64,000 nucleotides of DNA, from assembly GCF_009914755.1 (NCBI RefSeq), contig NC_060926.1. One strand, written 5' to 3'. Of the stretch, positions 54,801-64,000 are shown piece after piece (position 1 is the stretch's first letter; the number at the start of each line of letters is the position of its first letter). The position numbers and the translations under genes were made by a program. Under the pieces are notes generated by a model. The model was not told where the DNA came from. It ran no database searches and saw only the letters and a program-made list of their open reading frames with translations. The stretch is from the human T2T-CHM13v2.0 reference genome, Homo sapiens.

Positions 54801-56192
54801 GTGTCCAGAAGTACAATCGGGGAGTCAAGGGCTAGAGTCAAAAATCTTAGAAATCTACCTGTTGTTTTATTGTACTGTTGCTGAGCTAACACTCAAACCA
54901 CAAGATGCAGTCCTTTCCACTCTTCCTTCCCCTTTCCAAAAGCAAAGGAGCCTCACCCTTTGGACACTGACACCACAGACCACAAGGAGTTCTGCCAGAC
55001 TCCTGCCAATGTTCCCTTAAGGCCCAAGGGCTCTTAAGTCAGCTTGTAGTGAATGATGCCTGGCCTAGGACTCACCCTTCAGGGCAGTGGGCTCTCCTCT
55101 GTCCCGGGGCAAATCCAGAAATGCCATCCAAGAGTCAGGTCCTGAAATTGGGGACCTCGAGAGCCCATTTAGTGCTCTACCTCCCTGTGGCTGTGCTGGT
55201 ACCTGAAGCAAGCAAGTCTCAGAGGCTCATCCGAGGCCCCAGATGTAGTACCTGGGTATTGCTGCTGGTTGTTCAGGGCCCTAGGGCTCTTCAGTTAGCA
55301 GGTTATGAATGCTGCCAGGACTGGATTCTTCCCTTCAAGGCAGCAGGATCTCTTCTGACTCATGATGTGTCTAGAAATGTTGTCTGGGAGCTGGGGCCTA
55401 GAACAAGGGTCTCACAACTCTGACTGGTGCCCTATCCTGCTGTGGCTGAGCAGGTATCCAAGATGCAAGACAAAGTCTTCCCCACTCTTTCCTCTCCTCT
55501 TCTCAGGCAGAAGGAAGGGGTCTTTTTTGGAGCTGTGAGTTGTGTATCCTGCAGTTAGAAGAGGCGTAATGCCAGCAATCCCTTAGCTGCCCCACCTTGT
55601 GTCTCAGTAGGTCATGTGTCCCCTGCTCCCACAAGTCCACTGTTTCTGGGCCCAGGTCAGCATTAGGAGTTGCCTAATAGTTGCAATCCTTGTGGTCTAC
55701 ACTGCCTTTCAAGTTTACTTAGAAACCCAGAGTACTTTGGCCCTTGGTGGTGAGATTTGCAGGAACTCAAATTTGGACCATTGGGATGGGCAATACCCTC
55801 TCTGGCTAAAGCTGGTTTAATTGTTCCCTCTATGGGCGGACATCAGCTGAGTTTGGTTTGGTTTTCTTTTCTGTTGAAAGAAGACAGCACTGAGTTCAGT
55901 GCCTCACAAATGCTGTTCTCTTCCTCTCCCAGTGCCCAGAGATGCTCTCTGCACCATGCTGTCACTGTTGTGGAGTGGGGAAGGGGTGGCATTGATGATT
56001 CGGGACTGTTTTTTCCATATCTTCAGTGCCTCTTTCAGTGATACAGAGTTAAAACAGGGTACTATGAGTGTTCACTTGATGTTTTGTTCTTATGAAGGTG
56101 TTGTTTTTCTGTGTAGATAGTTGTTAAATTGGTGTCCTTGCAGGTAGGACAATCAGTGCATCCTTTTATTCTGCTACGTTGCTCTACCTCCT
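48830..56192 (-). mobile_element. L1MA1/2-like L1 retaining both ends but lacking ORF1; interrupted by THE1A
   Basis: Poly(T) head with L1MA 3' UTR; ORF2 antisense ORFs 52159-52509 and 52602-52907; GC-richer 5' UTR from about 54315 to 56192 ending ttattctgctacgttgctctacctcc. Confidence 0.85.
49493..51773 (+). mobile_element. THE1A MaLR provirus, full length: 5' LTR 49493-49844, 3' LTR 51424-51773
   Basis: THE1A-type LTR (ctgatgggtttatcaggggtttc); complete internal region; TSD g[a/g]ggt at 49488-49492 and 51774-51778. Confidence 0.93.
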
Positions 56193-56604
56193 CTGACATT
56201 TTCAGTTGTAAGGAAGTGCATAACAGTATCCCTTTTTTATGAGTTCTGATAATAGTCCATAAATGCTCTGATAGGAGAGGTAAAAAACAAACTGAGCACT
56301 TAATGTACCACATATTGTGTTTTATAAGCTGTGTCTAATGCTTAGTACATTACAGGCATTTAAAATTTCCATAAGAATAAATGTAATATATCATATAGCT
56401 CAATGAACAATGCCGTCAAAAATTATTCATTCCAAATGAAACAGATTTTGTGTTTTATATTAATTCTAAGAATTAGTTGAATAGTAACTGCTAATTTACT
56501 CATTTATTTTTCTTTTTTTGTTGAAGATTATTCTGGTTTAATGCCCAGACTTAAGTAAAATTGGAATAGCTAGTATAATTTGAAGACTCAAGAATCTTAC
56601 CCTT

Positions 56605-57040
56605 TTTCTTCATTTATTTGTTTATTCCACATGTACCCAATGAGAACATATGAGGTGCTAAGCAGTATCCTAGCTTCTGGAGACAAAGTAATTAGCAAAA
56701 TAGACTTGATTCCTGCTGTCATAGTTTAAAGTTGAGTGGTGGAGAAAAAGGATCACTGAATTGTGTATGAAGTCTTAAGTGAGATACTCTGTGGAAGAGA
56801 AGAATGTGGTTCTATACGAAGGTATAATTTTAGCTAGAAGGGAAAAAAACACCAAAATAACACAACAGGAAGAAGAAGCCAATAGAAGCTTATCGTGAGA
56901 AGAAGTTGGGCAAAACAAATGTCTAAAAGAAAGCATGGCAAAACATAGCGAGTGAAGGGAGCCAGCTGCAAGATAAAGCTAGGATAGTTAGGGGTCAAGT
57001 TATTTGACTTTTGTAGGCCATAGTAAGATATGTCTTTTCT
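56605..57040 (-). mobile_element. L2 LINE 3' fragment
   Basis: cattt/attt-rich terminus; tcctagcttctggagacaaagtaattagcaaaatagacttgattcctgctgtcatag. Confidence 0.6.
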
Positions 57041-60000
57041 AAAAATTGTGGGACACATGGAACATTCTCCAGCTTAGACCATAAGTTAGACCAAAAAACA
57101 AGTCTCAGCACATTAAAACATTTGAAATCATCCAAAGCATATTTCTCAGCAACAATGAAATGAAAATTGAAACCAATAACAGAAGGAAAATAGAAAAATG
57201 TACACATATGTGGAAATTTAACAACACTCTCTTAACCAATGAGTCAAAGAAGAAATCCACAGAGTGAAACGAGAAAACACTCAGATGCATGAAAATAAAC
57301 ACATAATATACCAAAACTTACAGGGTGCATCAGAAGCAGAGCTCAGAGGGAAGTTTACAGTTGTAAATACCTACATTCAAAAAGAAGGAAGGTCTGAAAT
57401 TGACAACCTAACTTTACACCTTAAGGAACTAGGATAAGAAAACTAAACCCAAAGCCAGCAGAAAGAAAACAATAAAAACTATATCAGAGATAAATGAAAT
57501 AAATAATGAACAAAATATATTTTTAAAGGTTGTTTTTTTAAAAAGATCAATAAAATTGACAGGTCTTTACCTAGATTGACTATGAAAAAAAGAAAAAATT
57601 AACATTAACAAGTTCAGAAATGAAAGAAAAGATATTACTACCAACATTACAAATATATATAAATAAGAAAGATTATAAGAAAATAGTATAAATAATTATA
57701 TACCAACACATTATATAACTTAAATGAAATGGGCAAATTTCTATAAACACACAAGCTACAAAAATAGACTCAAGAAGAAATGTACAACCTAAATAGACTT
57801 ATAACCATTAAAGAAATTGAATCGGTAAAAACCTCCCAAAAAAGAAAAGCTGGAACCAGATGGCTTCCCTGGTGACTTCTATCAATCATTTTAAGAAGAA
57901 TTAAAAAGGGTTACTCTCAAATTCTTCCTAAAGAATAGAAAAGGAAATAACACTTTCTAACCTATTCTTGGAGGTCAGTATTATCTTGACACCAAAGTCA
58001 GATAAAGATCCACTACAGGAAAAGGCAACTGTAGTCCAATATCCTTTGTAAATATAGATGTAAAAATCCTCAACAAAATAGAAAAGCAAATCCGTTAGCA
58101 TATGAAAAGCACTAACATCTTGACCTAGTATGATTCATCCTATAAATAAAAGAGTGGTCCAACCCATGAAAATAATCAATGTAATACACCACATAAACAA
58201 AATGAAGAAAAAATGCATTATAATTTCAATTGAAGCAAAAAAAATTTGGCAAAATGCAAACAATCTTTTATGGTAAATACACTTAACAATCTAGGAATAG
58301 AAAAGAACTTCCCCTGCCTGGTAAATGAAATTTATGAAAAATCCACAGCTAACATCATACTCAAGGGTGATGGCCTGAAAGTCTTTCCCCTAAGATCAAT
58401 AACAAGACAAAAATGCTTGTTTTCAACTGAGTCATGAAGAAAAACAACTAAAAGACACCCTAATTGGAAAGGGAAAAGTAAGATTGTCTCTATTTGCACA
58501 TGTCATGAGCTTATAGCTACAAAACCCTTTATAATCACAAAGAAACTATTAGAACTAATAAATTAATTCATGTTACAGAACACAAGATCAAAATACAAAA
58601 ATCAGTTGTCTTTCTACACACTAGGAAACAATAATCTAAAAAGGAAATTATGAAAATAATTGTATTTACAATAGCATCCAAAAGAATAAAAATACTTAGG
58701 AATAAATTAACCAAGAAGGTAAATAACTTGTATACTTAAAACTCCAAAATATTGCTGAAATAAATCAAACAAGACCTAAATAATAGTAAGTTATATGATG
58801 GTCATGTTTTAGAAGACTTTATGTGGTAAGATCACAAAACTACCCTAGGTGATCTAAAGATTTAACCAAAATCCCAACAACATTTGTAGAAACAAAAAGC
58901 CCATCTGCAAATTTCTAGAGAATGGCAAAGATACCCAAAGAGACAAAATAATCTTGAAAAAGAACTAAGACAAAATTTACACTTCCTAATTTTAAAATGT
59001 ACCATAAAGCAATGGCAATTGCTTTGTTACTGGTATGAAGATATATAGACAAAGGAAATATAATTGAGAGTCCAAAAACAAACCTATAACCCATCTATGA
59101 CCAAATGATTTTAGACAAGGATGCCGAGACCATTCAATGGGAACATCAAAGTCTTCAACAAATGGTGCTGGGACAACTTGAGAGCCACATGCAATGGGAT
59201 CAATTTGTACCCTTAACTTATACTGTATATATAAATGAACTAAAAATGGATCAATGCCCCAAATGCAAGAGCTAAAACTACAAAACTCTTAGAAGAAAGT
59301 ATAAATAGATCTTCAAGACCCTTGACTGTCCATGGATTTTTCATGACCCCAAAGACAAGAGCCAAAAAAAAGAAAAATTGAACTTTATCAACATTAAATA
59401 TTTTTGTTCATCAAAGGAAATTATCAAGAAAGTGAAATACACTCTGCAAAATGAGAGAAAATATTTTCAAATCATCTATTTGATAAGGGTTTAGTATATA
59501 GAACATATGAAGAATTCTTACAACAACAAAAAATCAGCCATGTATTTGAATAGACATTTCTCTAAAGCGATGTGTAAATAGCTATCAGGCACTTGAAAAG
59601 ATATTGAACATAATTAATCATTAGGAAAATAAAATTTAAACCCACAGTGAGATATGCTTTATACTCACTGGGATGGCTATAATAAAAATAGGGGGAAAGA
59701 TGACAAATGTTCATGTAGATATGGGGAAATTGAAACTCTCATATATTGCTGGTGGGAATGTAAAATGTTTCAGCCGCTATGCAAAACAGCTTGCTGGTTT
59801 CTCAAAAAGTTAAACATAGACTTGCCCTATGACCCAGCAATTCCACTTCTAAGTGTATACCCCAAATAATTGAAAACAGATACTAAAATTCTTCTGTAAG
59901 AACGTTCATATCAGCAATATTCATAAGAGCCAGTGGGCAGAAACAACCCAAATGTACATCAGCAGACAGATGAATAAACAATATGTAGTAATACATACAA

Positions 60001-60078
60001 TGGAATATTATCAGCTATAAAAATGAATAAAATACCAATACATGCTACAACCTGAATGAACCTTAAAAACATTATGCA

Positions 60079-60400
60079 GGCGGGACGCGGTGGCTCACGC
60101 CTGTAATCCCAGCACTTTGGGAGGCCGAGGCGGGCAGATCATGAGGTCAGGAGATCGAGACCATCCTGGCTAACACGGTGAAACCCCATCCCTACTAAAA
60201 ATAAAAAAAAAATAAAAAAAAAAATTAGCTGGGCGTGATGGTGGGCGCCTGTAGTCCCAGCTCCTCGAGAGGCTGAGGTGGGAGAATGGCGTGAACCCGG
60301 GAGCTTGAACTCGGAGCTTGCAGTGAACTGAGATTGCGCCACTGCACTCCAGCCTGGGCGACAGAGCAAGACTCCATCTCAAAAAAAAAAAAAAAAAAAA
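60079..60400 (+). mobile_element. AluY
   Basis: Y-diagnostic gagatcgagaccatcctggctaacacgg, agaatggcgtgaacccgg and gagcttgcagtg; A20 tail; TSD approximately aaaa(c)attatgc. Confidence 0.93.
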
Positions 60401-60675
60401 ATTATGCTAAGTGAAAGAACCCAGACACAAAAGATTGCATTTTATATTTTTCCATTAATGTGAAATATCCTGAATAAGTAAGTTCATAGACAGAAAGGAG
60501 ATTGGTGCTTGCCAGGGGATGGGAGTAAGGGAGAATGGGAGTCAATTGTATAATGTGTTTGGGGTGTTTTTTTTTCTGAGGTAATGAAAATATTTTAGAA
60601 CTTATGTAAGTCATAGATATACAACATTGTCACTGTGCTAAATGCCAATAAATTGTACAATTTTAAATGGTTGTG

Positions 60676-61289
60676 ATCAGCAACGAGGGGATCAGGTGTC
60701 TGGAGATGCTGTTCCAGCCTTCCTTCCTGGGCATGGAATCTTGCGGTATCCACGAGACCACCATCAACTCCAGCATGAAGTATGATGTGCATATTCGCAA
60801 AGACGTGTTGGCCAACACGGTGCTGTCCAGTGGCACCACCATGTACCTGGGGCATCACTGACAGGATGCAGAAGGAGATCACCGCCGTGGTGCCAGCACC
60901 ATGAAGATCAGATCAGCGTGCCCCCAGAGCACAAGTACTCAGTGTGGATATGCTGTTCCATTCCGGCCTCACTGTCCCATCTTCCAGTAGATGTGGATTA
61001 GCAATAGGAGTACCACGAGTCAGCCCCCTTCAGAGTCTACTGCAAATGCTTCTAAATAGACTGCAAGCAGATGCTAGCATTTGCTGCACGGGTTAATTCA
61101 GAAGTATAAATTTGCCCCTGGCAAATGAATACACCTCATGCTAGCCTCACAAAACTGGAATAAACCTACAAAAAGAAACTTATCCTTGAAGCTTGTATCT
61201 GATATCAGCACTGGATTGTAGAACTTGTTGCTGATTTTGACCTTTCATTCAAGTTAACTGTTCCCCTTGGTATTTGTTTAATACCCTGT
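60676..61289 (+). pseudogene. Processed pseudogene fragment of cytoplasmic gamma-actin (ACTG1): codon ~250 to stop plus part of the 3' UTR
   Basis: Translates [46 protein letters not shown], with frameshifts before KCF* (TAA at 61053-61055). No introns at the known ACTG1 intron sites (FLG/MES, KIK/IIA). 3' UTR matches ACTG1 (tagcatttgctgca...gaagcttgtatctgatatcagcactggattgtagaacttgttgctg). Confidence 0.92.
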
Positions 61290-62756
61290 GTTAATATACT
61301 GTGGGTATGTTTGTGTACACATAAAAAAAACTAAAAATATATACAGAACAGTTTTAGCATTTGACTTTTTATAATGGAATTTGTATTTTCTTCTTTATAA
61401 GTTTGCATATGATTTATTTATAGCTTGTGTTTATTTTATATTCTAAAAAATGAACTTCATTTTATTTTTTAAATGAGAATAAATTAAAAGGTTATTTTAA
61501 TCATGTAAGTTAAGTGATAAGTTTTCACATTGTAAAACTCGCTAGAGCAGGTGTGCAGGTGCAAAGCAGATGTGCACATAGAGGTTTTCAGCAGCAGTCC
61601 AAGCCGATGATTGTCTAGATTAGAAATGCAGTATTGGCAGCAATGAAAAGGAAATGCATTCCAGAAATAGTAGGAAAAAATTGACAGAAATTGATATGTT
61701 TACTTATCCTCTACTCTCAAACTAGTACACATTTGGGATAAGCATAGCCACTTTTTTCTTTCCCCCATACAGATATGGAAAACTGCTGGGAATGGGCAGC
61801 ATTTTAAGTCAGTAACATCATAATGTGATGAATGTGCCTCCCAGGTATTCTCCAAGCACTGAGCATGCCCTGGCACTCTGGGAGCTGAAGTAAAGAAGAG
61901 GCTAGTTCAGCGACAGAAAAATGGCCTACATGGCAATGTTCATCATGTTTAGCCCTCTCTTAAATCCCTGTCTAGCTTGTAAAGGACTGATAGACATATA
62001 TTTTCATTATTAAGTATGCCCATTATTTTAACACATTTCCCTCACAAATATGTTGAATTATAGTCTTCCACAGCAGTAATTCATGACCCTCAGATATGTT
62101 GGCTTTCCAGGCCATCCTTTTCACTCTAGAAAACACGTGGAATGTGGACTGTCTGATGCAAGTTAGCTTCTTCATTTCAAGATTGAAAACTGGAAATTCA
62201 TTTTCCAGAACTCCTTGGCCCTTACAATTTGCCAATAAGAACTACACATGCTGCATTAGGAAAGCAGAAGAGAAGGAAGACAGCACATAGCACTGGCAGT
62301 GGCATCCCTTGGCTTCCAGTGCTTCTCCAGAGAATCACCCACAGTGTTGCTGCAGAAGCTGGGGTCATGGTCTGTGTTTTCCCCATAACTCTCTTTAAAA
62401 AAAGATATTTTATTTCCCATTCATTTAAATAGTTATATAAAACTCTCGTTCTCTCTATTAACTGCTGAGTGGATATATTCTCACTGTTCACTTTCTAAGT
62501 GAAATTATAATCACTTGTGAGTTTTGTTTCTCATTTAAGTCTTTTCAACTATTTACAAAAATCAACATGAGTAATTACTTTCATGTTCTATAGCAATTCT
62601 AAAATATTAGTATAGTCTTCATGAAGATCCTTCATGAACAAACAGAAGGAAAATCAAAGAGGCTTACTTTCTAGAAAAAATACAGGTACACTGTATATAA
62701 AGAAATAGTATTTATGTTTGAAACTCAAATGAGTGTCATCACCAAGAGTTGCTAAC

Positions 62757-63655
62757 AATTTTTTATTGCATGTATTTAAAGTGTACAGCACAATGATTTT
62801 ATATACATATACATAGTGAAATGTTTACTACACTAAGCAAATTAACATATCCATCATCTCACGTAGTTACCTTTTTGTAGTAAGAGCACCTAAAATCTAC
62901 TCTCTTAGCAAATATCCAGCATAGGATATAATCTTATTAACTGTAGTTCTCACAAGTGCAACTTTATTCCCTTTTGACCTATATCTTTCCCTCCCCACCC
63001 TCCCCACTGTAAGAGTTAAAGAAAGAGGAAAGAAACACAAAACACAGCTGACAGTTAAAGACAGGTTTTCTTTAGATAAAACGTGAGAGGTGCCTCTGGC
63101 CAATTTCGGTCAGGAGTGCTTTCTCTTACAGACTAAGAATATATATTGGTTTCAGGGTGAGGGGACTTATCACAAGCTTGGAATGTTTATGTGTGTGGAG
63201 AAGTTTATGGGGGGGCTGGAATCTTTCTGTGAGGTGGGGAAGTTATTTTGGGGCAGACATCTTTCCTGCCCGGAGGGGGGTTATCTCAGGGCTAGTATGT
63301 CTCTGGTCGGGGAGGAGTTTGGAATGTTTCTAGTTAAAGATGTTATTTGTGGTTTATGGTCGTGCTGACCTTAGCCATTAGGTTGATGCCCTTTGGATTT
63401 AAGTGTTTTTTTATTAAGGTAAACTTTAGAATGATGGGCTTGTCCAAGATGTCGATGCTCCTGCTCTGTCACCCACTGTTGGTTCCCGGTAACCACCATT
63501 TTAATTCTATTTCTGTGTATTCAAACTTTTAAAAAAAAATTATATTCCACATATAAGTGAGATGATTCAGTATTTTTCTTTTTGTGTCTGGCTTATTTTA
63601 CTTAGCAGAATGTCTTTCAGGTGTAACCATGTTGTTGCAAAAGGTATGATCTCCT
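62757..63655 (-). mobile_element. L1MA8/9-like 3' fragment interrupted by an LTR
   Basis: aattaacatatccatcatctcacgtagttacc...aaaatctactctcttagcaaat...tattccacatataagtgagatgattcagtatt. Confidence 0.8.
63008..63471 (-). mobile_element. MER61-like ERV1 solo LTR
   Basis: Minus strand begins tgacagagcaggagcatcgacatcttggacaagc; TG...CA termini; TSD cccac at 63003-63007 and 63472-63476. Confidence 0.8.
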
Positions 63656-63859
63656 AAGAAAATTATTTTAGTAGCATGATGAACTAAGTTGAACAGAACA
63701 GTGACGACTGGCAATGGAGTTATTTGTTAAATAATTTATTTGGCAAAAACCTACTGAATGGCAACTAACCAAAAATGTGCAGGACTATGTGTTGGATAAT
63801 GATTATGATAAATTGAATAAGCAATGGGTGCTAAAGGAATACTACATCCCACTGTAATA

Positions 63860-64000
63860 ATAATAATTACAACAACAACAGCACTAACGCCGTGTACATA
63901 TTATATGTCCAGAACTAGAATAGGCAGTCTCTATACATTATCTTATATACAACAATACTATAAGGTAAGCAGCTTTATCTTCCCCATTTCACAAATGAGG
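63860..64000 (-). mobile_element. MIR SINE, runs off window end
   Basis: taaggtaagcagctttatcttccccatttcacaaatgagg. Confidence 0.7.

Larger units (their letters stand above)
57050..61330 (+). mobile_element. L1MB-like L1 (ORF2 to 3' end) hosting AluY and the ACTG1 retrocopy
   Basis: Continuous degraded ORF2 (LIYCWWECKMFQPL...LPYDPAIPLL in ORF 59654-59869), L1MB-type 3' UTR, A-tail at about 61323-61330. Confidence 0.85.

Noticed and set aside
60667-60861. Functional actin CDS
   Set aside because: Lacks the first ~250 codons and has many substitutions, frameshifts and a premature stop; annotated as a pseudogene instead

Overview
Primate (human-like) non-coding genomic DNA dominated by interspersed repeats: AluJ/S/Y and FLAM, L1PA/L1MA/L1MB/older L1M, L2, MIR, THE1 MaLRs, ERVL and MER61 remnants, hAT MITEs and a full-length HSMAR2 mariner. 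No intact protein-coding gene, RNA gene or CRISPR array is supported, and nearly all ORF-track entries are repeat-derived or chance ORFs. The only host-gene-derived sequence is an intronless ACTG1 retrocopy fragment (60676-61289), truncated at both ends. I found no convincing new biological system. The most unusual signals are a 125-bp segment copied from 2.4 kb away into the WVPK motif of the HSMAR2 transposase with microhomology junctions, other template-switch-like scars, a strictly phased but diverged 41-bp array, the poly(A)-less and TSD-less ACTG1 insertion, two twin-primed L1s, and candidate regulatory patches (an octamer cluster and a CpG-retaining MIR with a B-box). Subfamily names come from my recall of consensus sequences and need RepeatMasker/Dfam confirmation. 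Boundaries of old repeats are approximate.
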